A stretch of 64,000 nt of DNA from Candidatus Dormiibacterota bacterium (GTDB taxonomy: Bacteria > Chloroflexota > Dormibacteria > Aeolococcales > Aeolococcaceae). The stretch is taken from positions 769,730 through 833,729 of the forward strand of contig OY970355.1 of assembly GCA_963718525.1 (NCBI GenBank), read 5' to 3'. Below the pieces are notes generated by a model. It made no database searches, was not told the DNA's origin, and worked only from the letters and a program-made list of their open reading frames with translations. This document shows, in pieces, positions 50,459 through 60,161 of this stretch. Numbering within the stretch: position 1 is the first letter of the stretch; each line of letters opens with the position of its first letter. The position numbers were made by a program, and so were the translations under genes.

Positions 50459-51370
50459 TCAAGCGCGGCTGGCGAGAAGTCCTGCCACGATTGCGGGGTC
50501 GAAGTTGCCGCCGCTGAGGACTAACACCGTGGGGTTCTCGGCGATTCCCGCCGGCACGCTTCCATTGAGGTATGCGGCCAGCGTGAGCGCGGCCGTCGGC
50601 TCGATGGCGAGCTTGAGGCGGGTCCAGGCAACACGCAGCGCATCCCGGAGCTCGGCCTCGGACACGGTCACGATGTCGCGCACCAGCGCGTCGCCGACGA
50701 TCACGCCGAAATTTCGGTCGCCGATCGATTTGCTTTTCACTCCCTCCGCGAGCGTGGCCGGATCGGAGGCGAGCGACCGTAACGCACCCGCATGCAGGCT
50801 TTGAGCGGCGTCGTCGGCGACCTCGGGTTCCACCCCGATGACTGCGGTCCCGGGGGAGAGCGCGGACGCGGCGAGCGCGATTCCCGAGATCTGACCTCCG
50901 CCGCCGACCGGTACCACCACCGCCCCCGCCGCGGGCGTGTCTTCGAGGATCTCCAGACCAACGGTTCCCGCTCCGTGAATGACATCCCAGTCGTCATACG
51001 GATGGATCAGGCGGAGCCCTTCGGAACGCGCAATCTCCTCCGCGATCGCCTCGCGGTTGTCGTAGGTCACTCCATCGGTGACGACGATCGCACCGTACGA
51101 CCTGATGCCGTCGATCTTGGCGGGGGTGACCCCTTCCGGCACGACGATGGTCGCCCGCAACCCTGCGACCTGGGCTGCACACGCAAGTGCCTGGCCGTGG
51201 TTGCCGGAGCTGTGCGTGACGACACCGAGCACGCCCGGCTCACGCTCGAGGAGGCTCAGCACGGCATTGAAGGCGCCGCGAGCCTTGAATGAGCCGGTGC
51301 GCTGCAGTGACTCGGGTTTGACCATCAACCCGGCGCCGATGTCAGTCCGCAACAGCGGAGTCCTGCGCAC
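50459..51370 (-). CDS. PLP-dependent threonine/serine dehydratase family protein
   Basis: ESLQRTGSFKARGAFN (PLP lysine) and SSGNHGQALA. The ORF-track start GTG 51370 removes about 27 conserved-looking residues (LDEIRNAAARIRSH) that are open in frame up to the purF stop. Confidence 0.8.
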   Translation of the reverse strand: MRRTPLLRTDIGAGLMVKPESLQRTGSFKARGAFNAVLSLLEREPGVLGVVTHSSGNHGQALACAAQVAGLRATIVVPEGVTPAKIDGIRSYGAIVVTDGVTYDNREAIAEEIARSEGLRLIHPYDDWDVIHGAGTVGLEILEDTPAAGAVVVPVGGGGQISGIALAASALSPGTAVIGVEPEVADDAAQSLHAGALRSLASDPATLAEGVKSKSIGDRNFGVIVGDALVRDIVTVSEAELRDALRVAWTRLKLAIEPTAALTLAAYLNGSVPAGIAENPTVLVLSGGNFDPAIVAGLLASRA

Positions 51371-51447
51371 GTGGCTCCGGATCCGCGCCGCGGCGTTGCG
51401 GATCTCGTCCAGGTGCCCCCGGGCTCCGGAGTCGATCGACCGGTCGC

Positions 51448-52926
51448 TCAGGAGGTGACCGCTACCGGGATCTCCAGCGCCAGCTTGTCCATCTCGAGTT
51501 GCGCGGGAACATCCACGGGGTACGAGCCGGTGAAGCAGGCAAAGCAGAATCCGTTGCCGTCGGGCTGCCCCATGGCGCGGCGCAGACCCGCGAGGCTGAG
51601 GTAGCGCAGTGAATCGGCGCCGAGCATCGCGCCAATCTCACGCTCGGTATGGCCGGCGGCGATGAGCTCACGGCGCGACGCGATGTCGATCCCCATGAAG
51701 CATGGCCATGCGATCGGTGGCGAGGCGATGCGCATGTGCACCTCGCGCGCGCCGGCACGGCGCAGCTCGTCGATGATGCGGCGCGACGTGGTGCCGCGCA
51801 CAATCGAGTCGTCCACGAGGACCACGCGGCGGCCCTCGAGCACATGGCGCATCGGGTTGAACTTCAACCGGATCCCGGCTTCGCGCAATCGCTGCGTCGG
51901 CTGGATGAAGGTACGCGTGATGTAGCGCGACTTGATCATGCCTTCCGCAAACGGCAGCCCAGCCTGTTCCGCGTACCCGATCGCTGCCGGGGTGCCACTG
52001 TCAGGCAACGTGATCACGATGTCCGCGTCCGCGGGCGCCTCTCTTGCGAGCTCGCGACCCATCTGGCGCCGCAACTCGTACAGCGACTTGCCCATCATCA
52101 CGCTGTCGGGCCTGGCGAAATAGATGAATTCGAACGAGCACATCGCTCGGTGCGAGGCGGTGCGCTGGATCTTCGTGCTGCGCATCCCCGACGCATCGAC
52201 GGTGACGATCTCGCCGGGCTCGATCTCGCAGATGAAGGTCGCCCCGACAACGTCGAGCGCGCACGTCTCGCTCGCCATCACGTAGCCGGTGCCACCGGGC
52301 GCGTCAACGTCGCCGAAGCGGCCGAGGCAGAGTGGGCGGATACCGAGCGGATCGCGTGCCGCAACCAGCGAGTCCTTGGTCAGGAACACGAGGCAGTACG
52401 CACCCTCGACGCGCGGCAGCGCTTCCGCGAGCGCCTGCTCCAGCGTGTCCGCCTTCGTCTGCGTGAGCAGTGCGCCGAGGACCTCGGTGTCACTCGTGGT
52501 CTCGAAGTCGAAGCCCTTGGTGATCAGCTCGTCGCGCAGTTTGGTGGCGTTGACAAGGTTGCCGTTGTGCGCGATCACCACCGGGCCGATCGTCGGATGC
52601 TCGACGGAGATCGGTTGCGCGTTGAGCAGGCGTGCGCTGCCCGTGGTGCTGTAGCGCGTGTGCCCGATGGCGATGTTGCCCTTGAGACCGTCGATGATCT
52701 CCTGGTCGAACACCTGCGAGACGAGACCCATCTCCTTGCGGATACGAATCTCGCGACCATCGCTCACGGCGATGCCGGCGGACTCCTGTCCGCGATGCTG
52801 CAACGAGTACAGGCCGAAGTACGTCAGGTTGGCGACGTCCTCACCCGGATGGAACACCCCGAAAACGCCGCATTCCTCGTGGAGGTGGTCGTCGTCGAAG
52901 GCGTCCACGCCGGCCTGATCACTCAC
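51448..52926 (-). CDS. purF: Amidophosphoribosyltransferase
   Basis: 492 aa. N-terminal nucleophile CGVFGVF, then [10 protein letters not shown] and the PRPP loop [13 protein letters not shown]. Confidence 0.95.
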   Translation of the reverse strand: MSDQAGVDAFDDDHLHEECGVFGVFHPGEDVANLTYFGLYSLQHRGQESAGIAVSDGREIRIRKEMGLVSQVFDQEIIDGLKGNIAIGHTRYSTTGSARLLNAQPISVEHPTIGPVVIAHNGNLVNATKLRDELITKGFDFETTSDTEVLGALLTQTKADTLEQALAEALPRVEGAYCLVFLTKDSLVAARDPLGIRPLCLGRFGDVDAPGGTGYVMASETCALDVVGATFICEIEPGEIVTVDASGMRSTKIQRTASHRAMCSFEFIYFARPDSVMMGKSLYELRRQMGRELAREAPADADIVITLPDSGTPAAIGYAEQAGLPFAEGMIKSRYITRTFIQPTQRLREAGIRLKFNPMRHVLEGRRVVLVDDSIVRGTTSRRIIDELRRAGAREVHMRIASPPIAWPCFMGIDIASRRELIAAGHTEREIGAMLGADSLRYLSLAGLRRAMGQPDGNGFCFACFTGSYPVDVPAQLEMDKLALEIPVAVTS

Positions 52927-55135
52927 GCTCTATCAACGCTCCTTCGTGCACCTGGCGCGCATCGGCGAGCGGCACGTCAATGCAGCCGGTCACAACGACC
53001 CTCTCGCCTCCCACGGAGCCGAGATCACGGAAGGGGACCGAGTGCCGCCCTGCCAGCTCGTGCAATCGCACAAGTGCCTCCCTGGCGAAGCTGATGACGA
53101 ATCGAGATTGAATCTCTCCAAAGAGTATACCGGCCGCCCCGTTAATCAACCCTTCATCCTGTTCGAGCTCGTCCAATGCGACCCATGCGCCTATGTCGCC
53201 CAGCAGACATGACTCGGCGATTGCGACAGCGATACCCCCTTCGGCGCAGTCGTGCGCCGAATGCAGCAGCCCGGCTGCGATTGCCTCGAGGATGAACCCC
53301 TGGACCCGTCGCTCCAGCTCGATATCGAGACGGGGCGGGGTCCCCGAGTGGACGCCGTGAGCCATCCTCTGGTACTCGCTGCCATCGAGCTCCGCATCGA
53401 TCGGACCAACCAGCGCGATGAGGTCACCCTCCTCACGAAATCCCGCGGTGCATCGGTGCGCGACGTCGTCGATCACCCCGACCATGCCGATGACGACGGT
53501 CGGGTCGATCCCAGTTCCGCCCGTGTCGTTGTACAGGCTCACATTGCCGCTCACGACGGGGATATCGAGCGCCCTGCACGCCTCACCGATGCCCTCGACG
53601 GCATCGTGCAGGTCCCACCACACATCCGCATGCTCTGGATTGGCGAAGTTGAGGCAGTTCGTGACCGCGGCGGGCGTCGCACCGGTGGCGACGACGTTCC
53701 GCGCCGCTTCGCACACCGCGATCATCGCGCCACGCCTCGCGTCGAGCGCGGTGTACGTGGAGTTGCCGTCGGTGGCAAGTGCGAGGCCGAGCGCGGTTCC
53801 ATCGACACGAACCATGGCCGCGTCGCCTCCGGGAAGGATGACCGTCCCATCGCCAACCTGATGGTCGTACCTTCTGAAGACCGGCGCACGGCTGCCGAGG
53901 TTCGGGCTGCCGAGGAGTTGGAGCAGTGCCTTCCCGTGCGTCAACGACAGCGCACGGCCGGATACGTCGGGAGGTGCCGGGCGGTTCGGGCGCGGACCCG
54001 GCGCCCCACGCGGCGGAGCACCGTCGACGAGGAGGTCGAGCGGCAGGTCGCAGACTTCGTCGACACCATCACGCACCACAAAGTGCTGCTCGGGCAGGAT
54101 CACAGCGACCACGTCGGAGTGGAGGTCCCAGCGGTCGAACACCTCCTGCAGGGAGCGCACGTCCTCGGGCCGGGCAACGATCAGCATTCGCTCCTGCAAC
54201 TCGCTGAGCATCACCTCATAGGGGGTCATGCCGGTCTCCCGACGCGACACGCGCGCAACGTCGACCTCGATGCCGCACGCCCCGCGGTGCGCGAGCTCCG
54301 CAGTGCTTCCGCACAGCCCGGCTGCACCAAGATCCTGCATCGCGATCACGCGCGGATCGCCCGCGAGCTCCAGGCACGCCTCCATCAGGCACTTCTCGAG
54401 AAACGGGTTGCCGACCTGGACGGCGGGACGCCGGGCCGCACTGTCGGCGTCGAGGACAACCGACGCGAAGCTGGCGCCATGGATGCCGTCACGGCCGGTG
54501 TCGGCACCGACCAGGAGGACCAGGTTGCCGGCTCCGCTGGCAGTTGCGCGCGTCAGCTTGCCCTGCTCCACGATGCCGACGCACATCGCGTTGACGAGGC
54601 AGTTGGTGCGGTACAACTCATCGAAGTACAGCTCGCCGCCGACGGTCGGCACCCCGATGCAGTTGCCGTAGCCGCCAACTCCTGCAACGACACCGTCGAA
54701 GAGGTGACGCTGATGTGGCTCATCGAGCGGGCCGAACCGCAGCGAGTCCAGCAGCGCGATGGGACGCGCACCCATCGTGAAGATATCGCGCAGGATGCCG
54801 CCGACGCCCGTCGCCGCACCCTGGTACGGCTCGATCGCGCTCGGGTGATTGTGCGACTCGATTTTGAAAACGCACGCGAGACCGTGTCCGATATCGACGG
54901 CGCCGGCATTCTCTCCCGGGCCCTGGAGCACACGGGGTCCTTGGGTGGGAAGGCTGCCAAGCAGCGGCTTGCTCGTCTTATAGCTGCAGTGCTCGCTCCA
55001 GAGTGCCCCGACGATGCCGAGCTCGAGGCGATTCGGTTCGCGTCCGAGCGATTCGACCAGATGGACGTATTCCGAGCGCGTCAGCGCGACTTCGGCCAGA
55101 TCCGCGTCACTCGCTGCCGCGAGCACGCTGGTCAC
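52919..55135 (-). CDS. purL: Phosphoribosylformylglycinamidine synthase subunit PurL
   Basis: 738 aa from GTG 55135, which overlaps the purQ stop (GTGA 55132-55135). [12 protein letters not shown] and [21 protein letters not shown] are present. Confidence 0.95.
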   Translation of the reverse strand: MTSVLAAASDADLAEVALTRSEYVHLVESLGREPNRLELGIVGALWSEHCSYKTSKPLLGSLPTQGPRVLQGPGENAGAVDIGHGLACVFKIESHNHPSAIEPYQGAATGVGGILRDIFTMGARPIALLDSLRFGPLDEPHQRHLFDGVVAGVGGYGNCIGVPTVGGELYFDELYRTNCLVNAMCVGIVEQGKLTRATASGAGNLVLLVGADTGRDGIHGASFASVVLDADSAARRPAVQVGNPFLEKCLMEACLELAGDPRVIAMQDLGAAGLCGSTAELAHRGACGIEVDVARVSRRETGMTPYEVMLSELQERMLIVARPEDVRSLQEVFDRWDLHSDVVAVILPEQHFVVRDGVDEVCDLPLDLLVDGAPPRGAPGPRPNRPAPPDVSGRALSLTHGKALLQLLGSPNLGSRAPVFRRYDHQVGDGTVILPGGDAAMVRVDGTALGLALATDGNSTYTALDARRGAMIAVCEAARNVVATGATPAAVTNCLNFANPEHADVWWDLHDAVEGIGEACRALDIPVVSGNVSLYNDTGGTGIDPTVVIGMVGVIDDVAHRCTAGFREEGDLIALVGPIDAELDGSEYQRMAHGVHSGTPPRLDIELERRVQGFILEAIAAGLLHSAHDCAEGGIAVAIAESCLLGDIGAWVALDELEQDEGLINGAAGILFGEIQSRFVISFAREALVRLHELAGRHSVPFRDLGSVGGERVVVTGCIDVPLADARQVHEGALIERE

Positions 55136-55851
55136 GACGCCGCTGTGACCGGCATCACGCCGTTTCTGCTCATCGACTGCGCGACGCTCTCGAACAGCCG
55201 CATCCCGTCTGACGACCCCAGCAACGGCTCGCACGCACGCTCCGGGTGCGGCATCATCCCGAGCACGTTGCGACGCTCATTCACGATGCCCGCGATGTCG
55301 CGCGTCGATCCATTCGGCGTGTCGCCCTGGACCGGCGAACCATCCTGTCGCACGTACCGAAATGCCACCCGCTGCTCGCGCTCGAGCATGTCGAGCGTCT
55401 CGGCATCAGCAACGTAGCGCCCTTCCCCATGCGACACCGGAACCTGCAGGATCTCACCGCGCATGCACCCCGACGTGAACGCATTGTCACCAGCTTCAAC
55501 GCGCAACCAGCTCGGTGCACAGCGAAACTCGAGCGAGCTATTGCGCGTCAACGCTCCGGGCAGCAGGTGCGCCTCGCAGAGAATCTGAAACCCGTTGCAG
55601 ATCCCCCAGACCAATCCACCGGTATTCGCAAACTCGGTGACCAACTCCATCAGCGGCGCGAACCGAGCCACGGCGCCGGCCCTGAGGTAGTCCCCGTACG
55701 AGAATCCCCCCGGCAGGATAACGCAATCCGATCCCTGCAGGTCTCGATCCTTGTGCCAGAGCATCACCGCCTCATGCCCCGCCAGCTCAACCGCATGCCT
55801 GCAATCGCGATCGGACCACGTCCCCGGAAACACCGCAATGCCGAACCGCAT
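55132..55851 (-). CDS. purQ: Phosphoribosylformylglycinamidine synthase glutaminase subunit PurQ
   Basis: 239 aa from ATG 55851 ([17 protein letters not shown]). Nucleophile elbow GICNGFQIL and MMPHPER. Confidence 0.9.
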   Translation of the reverse strand: MRFGIAVFPGTWSDRDCRHAVELAGHEAVMLWHKDRDLQGSDCVILPGGFSYGDYLRAGAVARFAPLMELVTEFANTGGLVWGICNGFQILCEAHLLPGALTRNSSLEFRCAPSWLRVEAGDNAFTSGCMRGEILQVPVSHGEGRYVADAETLDMLEREQRVAFRYVRQDGSPVQGDTPNGSTRDIAGIVNERRNVLGMMPHPERACEPLLGSSDGMRLFESVAQSMSRNGVMPVTAAS

Positions 55852-56032
55852 CAACGCCTCTCCAGCTGCCCCGACATCAGCCCACGGACGGCGCCGGGCG
55901 CCCAAGCTCCGGGCGCCACACGGCGAAATGCGTGGTAGGAATCAGCAAGGCGAGATGGTGCGATTCCCCCGATCAAGCCGGACAGCCGATGCCCGATGCC
56001 AACGCTCCCCCCAGCTGCGAGTCGCGTCCGAA

Positions 56033-56160
56033 GGGTGGGGAGGGCGTGGGCGGAGGCGGGCCGTCTCGCAGCCCGGGCTACCCCCCCGGGCGAGAGCGAG
56101 GGGCGGAACGGCGAAGGCGTTCCGCCCCCGTGCCCGCCGCAGCCCACGCCCTCCCCACCC
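56033..56160. repeat. 128-nt nested inverted repeat (outer 29-bp stem enclosing two hairpins) in the purS-purQ spacer
   Basis: The outer arms 56033-56061 and 56132-56160 are complementary at 27 of 29 positions, 19 of them contiguous. The inner hairpins are 56071-56077/56085-56091 (7 bp, 7-nt loop) and 56100-56110/56118-56128 (11 bp perfect, 7-nt loop). Confidence 0.8.
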
Positions 56161-56161
56161 C

Positions 56162-56431
56162 TCACCGCGCGTGCTCGCTAAGCACGCGGATGGACGCGAT
56201 GCGCAAGTCTTCGATCACCGTGTTGCGCAGCAGCTGCTCGCACATGGCCTCGACCTGCGCACGAACCGCGACCTCATCGTCGCCCTCGACCTCGAGCTCC
56301 AGGTGCTTGCCGACGCGCACGGAGCGCACCCCTGGGAAGCCCAGGCGATGCAGTCCGTCGCGCACCACGAGGCCCTGTGGATCGTTGACAACGGGCTTCA
56401 ACACGACCACGACCTCGACGGCGAACGTCAT
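56162..56431 (-). CDS. purS: Phosphoribosylformylglycinamidine synthase subunit PurS
   Basis: 89 aa from ATG 56431 (MTFAVEVVVVLKPVVNDPQG...). The start overlaps the purC stop (ATGA 56428-56431). The ORF-track start 56620 lies inside purC. Confidence 0.85.
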   Translation of the reverse strand: MTFAVEVVVVLKPVVNDPQGLVVRDGLHRLGFPGVRSVRVGKHLELEVEGDDEVAVRAQVEAMCEQLLRNTVIEDLRIASIRVLSEHAR

Positions 56432-57324
56432 TCGGCAGTGACCCCTGGGATCTCGATTCCGCAGATGCGCCGGGCAGCCTCGATGTAGCGCTTGGTGGTG
56501 CCGCGGACCACCTCGTCGGGAAGCGCGGGACCGGGATCGGTTTTGTCCCAGCCCAATGTCTCGACGTAGTCGCGAACGAACTGCTTGTCGAACGAGACCG
56601 CGGGCTCGCCCTCGCGCCACTCTGACATCTCCCAGAAACGCGACGAGTCCGGCGTGAAGATCTCGTCGATGAGAGTCAGCTTCCCGTTGATGAAACCGAA
56701 CTCGAACTTGGTGTCGGCGAGGTAGATGCCCACGCTCTCGCAGCGCGCCGTGGCGTAATCGAAGAGCCGTAGCGACGCGGACTCCAGCTCCTCCGCGAGT
56801 GACTGACCGAGGAGCCCGCGCAACTCGGTGCGCGAGATGTTGACGTCGTGGCCGTCATCCTTCTTGATCGCGGGCGTGAACCGCGGCGACGGGAGACGCG
56901 AGGAGTCGCGAAGCCCCTCCTGGAGCGGCTCGCTCGCGAGCGTTCCCTTGTCGCGATATTCCTTCCAGCCGGATCCACTGATGAATCCGCGGACCACGCA
57001 CTCGACGTCGATGCGCTGCGCGCGTGCGACGTGCATCGACCGCGGCAACCAATCGCTGCGCACCGCTTCAGGAATCGCCTCCTCGTCGTCGGCCAGCAGG
57101 TGATTGGGCATGATGGCTGCGGTCTGAGCGAACCACCAGCGCGACATCTGGGTCAGCACCGTGCCCTTTCCCGGAATCGGCGTCGGCAGGACGACGTCGA
57201 AGACGCTCAACCGGTCGGTCGCGATCATCAACAGCGTGCCGTCGGCAAGCTGGAACGTGTCCCGCACTTTGCCGCGCCGGAACAGATTGAGATCACCGAT
57301 GTCCGCAGCGCTCATCACCTGCAT
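56428..57324 (-). CDS. purC: Phosphoribosylaminoimidazole-succinocarboxamide synthase
   Basis: 298 aa. GKVRDTF, ATDRLSVFD and LADTKFEFG. Confidence 0.95.
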   Translation of the reverse strand: MQVMSAADIGDLNLFRRGKVRDTFQLADGTLLMIATDRLSVFDVVLPTPIPGKGTVLTQMSRWWFAQTAAIMPNHLLADDEEAIPEAVRSDWLPRSMHVARAQRIDVECVVRGFISGSGWKEYRDKGTLASEPLQEGLRDSSRLPSPRFTPAIKKDDGHDVNISRTELRGLLGQSLAEELESASLRLFDYATARCESVGIYLADTKFEFGFINGKLTLIDEIFTPDSSRFWEMSEWREGEPAVSFDKQFVRDYVETLGWDKTDPGPALPDEVVRGTTKRYIEAARRICGIEIPGVTAE

Positions 57325-58703
57325 CAGCTCATCCTCCCGCCGGCCAGGCCGGCCTCTATTGCGAGCGCGGGCGCCGAAGCGTCAGGCGCAGCTCGCTCGG
57401 GTGTTGCCGTCGACAGACCGAGGCGACGGTATGTCTCATCAATATGCGCGAGGTACGGTTCGACGTCGAAGCTGTGCGCGATGCTCGTCTCGGGAAGCGC
57501 CGCAGCGATGTCGGCGTCGGTGGAAACCAGGTCGCGGAACGAGCCCTCTCCGTCACGCGCGCGCGCCGCAAGTGCCTGCACAGCGCGGTAGGCACGCTCC
57601 CGGGGCCATTCCGCCTCGACGATCAAGGCGGTGAGCACCTGTTGCGAGAACACGATGCCGCCGTGCAGCTCGATGTTGGCGGCCATGTTCTCGGGCTTGA
57701 CCCGAAGGCCCTCGACGATTCGCGTGGAGAGGCGCACGATGTAGTCGCTGAGCGCACAGGCGTCGGGGAGGATCACGCGCTCGGCCGACGAGTGCGAGAT
57801 GTCGCGCTCATGCCAGAGTGCGACGTCCTCCATCGCCGTCATCGCGTAGCCACGAAGCACTCGAGCAAGCCCGCAGATGCGCTCGCAGAGAATCGGATTC
57901 CGCTTGTGAGGCATTGCGGATGAACCCTTCTGGCGCTGCCCGAACGGCTCCTCGACCTCGTCAACCTCGGTGATCTGGAGCAGCCGGATGGTGGTGGCCA
58001 GCCGTTCGAGCACTGCCCCGAGCAGGGCCAGTGCGGTGACGAACGACGCGTGCCGATCGCGCGCGAGCACCTGCGTGGCGACGGGCGCGGTCGCGAGCCC
58101 GAGCCCCTCACACACGTGCTCCTCGACCTCCGGCGGAACGCTGGCATGGGTGCCGACCGCGCCGGTGATCTGACCAACCGCAATTTCGGCGGTCGCCGCC
58201 GCGAGCCGCGAGCGCGCGCGGCGCACCTCATCGACGAAATTGGCGAGCTTGATGCCGAGGGTCAGGGGCTCCGCATGGACGCCATGGGTGCGTCCCATCA
58301 TCACCGTGAGCCGGTGGCGCTCCGCCTGTTCGACGAGCGCTCCGATCAGCGATTCGACGTCGGAGTCGATGACCGCCGCCGCGTCGCGCAGCTGGGTCGC
58401 GAGGGCCGTGTCGACGACGTCGGACGAGGTCAGCCCCAGATGGAAGTACCGCCCGGCGTCGCCGACAGTCTCCTGCACCGCCGCGACGAACGCGGCCATG
58501 TCGTGTCCCTGCTCGGCCTCGAGCTCGGCGATGCGGTCGGCGTCGATGGATGCCCCCTGCAGGGCGGTCAGCGCTTCGACGGGAATCCGGCCGATTTCCG
58601 CCCAACCTTCGCAGGCGAGCAACTCGACATCCAGCCAGCGGCGCAATCGCGATGCGTCACTGAAGACTTTCGCGATCTGTTGCGGGGCGTACCGGGGGAT
58701 CAC
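57324..58703 (-). CDS. purB: Adenylosuccinate lyase
   Basis: 459 aa. The fumarate-lyase signature GSSAMPHKRNP and HLGLTSSDVVDTA. The stop and the purC start share one nucleotide (TGATG at 57324). Confidence 0.95.
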   Translation of the reverse strand: MIPRYAPQQIAKVFSDASRLRRWLDVELLACEGWAEIGRIPVEALTALQGASIDADRIAELEAEQGHDMAAFVAAVQETVGDAGRYFHLGLTSSDVVDTALATQLRDAAAVIDSDVESLIGALVEQAERHRLTVMMGRTHGVHAEPLTLGIKLANFVDEVRRARSRLAAATAEIAVGQITGAVGTHASVPPEVEEHVCEGLGLATAPVATQVLARDRHASFVTALALLGAVLERLATTIRLLQITEVDEVEEPFGQRQKGSSAMPHKRNPILCERICGLARVLRGYAMTAMEDVALWHERDISHSSAERVILPDACALSDYIVRLSTRIVEGLRVKPENMAANIELHGGIVFSQQVLTALIVEAEWPRERAYRAVQALAARARDGEGSFRDLVSTDADIAAALPETSIAHSFDVEPYLAHIDETYRRLGLSTATPERAAPDASAPALAIEAGLAGGRMS

Positions 58704-58722
58704 CTACGTTCATTCTATCGGG

Positions 58723-59601
58723 GTGGCCACTGGCACCCCCCTGCCCCTGGTGATCGCGCACCGGGGCGCCTCGCGTGACGCGCCGGAGAACACCATCGCG
58801 GCGTTCGAGGCGGCAATCGCGCTGGGCGCGGACGCGGTGGAGCTCGACGTTCGCCGGACCGCGGACGGCGTGCTCGTCGTGCATCACAACGCGTCCCGCC
58901 GCGGGGTCCCCCTGGCCATGCTGACCTACTCCGGTCTGGTGCGTCTGAGCCGCTTCGAGCCGCCCAGGTTCGATGCCGTCCTGGATCTCTGCGCAGGGAG
59001 GATCGCGCTCGACGTCGAGATCAAGGAGGCCGGATACGAGGCCGAGGTGGTCGAGGCGGCCTCGAGCCGGTTTGCTCGCGAGCAGCTGCTGTACACGTCG
59101 TTCGAGGAGTTGGTGATTGCCACCATCCGGCAGCTGGCTCCCGACGCGCGCTGTGGTCTGCTGCTGGGCCCCGGCCGGCTGCGCACGCGCGCTCAGCGGT
59201 ACGAGGCACTCCCTTTCGATCTCGCAGAGCGCTGCGGCGCGGATTTGCTCGCCGTCCATCAGTGGCTGGCTCCTCTTCGAGGCCGGAGCCGGCGGATTCC
59301 GGGCACCGGGCTGCTCGCCGAGGCGCAGGCGAGGGGCTTCCCGATGATCGTCTGGACCGTCGACGGTCCCCAGCGTCTGCGCGCCTACCTTGCGGATGGC
59401 CGGGTGGCGGGGATAATCACTGACCTGCCCGGCCTTGCGGTCGAGACCCGCCGCGAGCTGGTGTCCGGGGTTAGTGGGGAAGGGACGAGGAGCCGCCGGG
59501 GTCCGGCACCCGGGGAGCAGGACGACTTTATGCCATCGCATGTAACCGGACCACGCCGACCCGCGTTGAATGATCGAGTGCGCCCGGTGATCCCGAGATG
59601 A
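58723..59601 (+). CDS. Glycerophosphodiester phosphodiesterase family protein
   Basis: From GTG 58723: [43 protein letters not shown] is the GDPD signature. The ORF-track start 58240 is antisense to purB. There is an unusually long tail of about 45 aa after the domain, and the stop overlaps the sigma-factor ATG (ATGA 59598-59601). Confidence 0.85.
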   Translation: MATGTPLPLVIAHRGASRDAPENTIAAFEAAIALGADAVELDVRRTADGVLVVHHNASRRGVPLAMLTYSGLVRLSRFEPPRFDAVLDLCAGRIALDVEIKEAGYEAEVVEAASSRFAREQLLYTSFEELVIATIRQLAPDARCGLLLGPGRLRTRAQRYEALPFDLAERCGADLLAVHQWLAPLRGRSRRIPGTGLLAEAQARGFPMIVWTVDGPQRLRAYLADGRVAGIITDLPGLAVETRRELVSGVSGEGTRSRRGPAPGEQDDFMPSHVTGPRRPALNDRVRPVIPR

Positions 59602-60161
59602 CGCTACCTCGGGCGTATGAAGACCAGCTTGTCGAGCGTGCCAAACAGGACGCCGACGCCTTTGGGGAACTGTACGACCACTACTTCGGCCAGATCTACC
59701 GGTTCGTGTTCAGCCGCCTCCGTGACCAGGAGGCCGCTGAGGACGTTACCTCAGAGGTCTTCTTCAAGGCACTCCGCGCAATCGGGCGATACAAACCGTC
59801 AGGCCACCCATTCAGCGCCTGGCTCTATCAAATCAGCGTCAACGCAATCAATGATCACTATCGAAGCCGCAAACCGACCTCGAGCCTCGACAGCGCCATC
59901 GCTGTCGCCGATCCGGCTCGTCCTGTCGACGACCGCGTCGTGGACAGCGCCGAGGCGGCACGCGTCTGGGCTGCCATCGACGACCTCCCGCCGCAACAGA
60001 GAGCAGCCATGACCCTCAAGCTCGGTGAGGACCTCAAGCTCGCCCAGATCGGAGAGATCCTCGGCAAGAGCGAGGGCGCGGTCAAGCTGCTCATCCATCG
60101 CGGCATGATCGGTGTCCGCCTGCGCCTCGGTGTCGTCGTCGCCGTCGAGGAGAAGAGCTGA
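59598..60161 (+). CDS. ECF-type RNA polymerase sigma-70 family factor
   Basis: 187 aa. Region 2 is FGELYDHYFGQIYRFVF...AEDVTSEVFFKA...FSAWLYQISVN. Region 4 is LPPQQRAAMTLKLGEDLKLAQIGEILGKSEGAVKLLIHRG. Confidence 0.9.
   Translation: MTLPRAYEDQLVERAKQDADAFGELYDHYFGQIYRFVFSRLRDQEAAEDVTSEVFFKALRAIGRYKPSGHPFSAWLYQISVNAINDHYRSRKPTSSLDSAIAVADPARPVDDRVVDSAEAARVWAAIDDLPPQQRAAMTLKLGEDLKLAQIGEILGKSEGAVKLLIHRGMIGVRLRLGVVVAVEEKS

Noticed and set aside
55852-56032. ZTP (pfl) or other purine-related riboswitch immediately upstream of purQ.
   Set aside because: The conserved GACUGGCG and CCGCCUGGGC elements are absent. I see only a small hairpin GGCGCCC-N7-GGGCGCC (minus strand, about 55896-55916), formed by the plus-strand 9-mer CCGGGCGCC occurring at 55894-55902 and 55909-55917. 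No known class was recognised.
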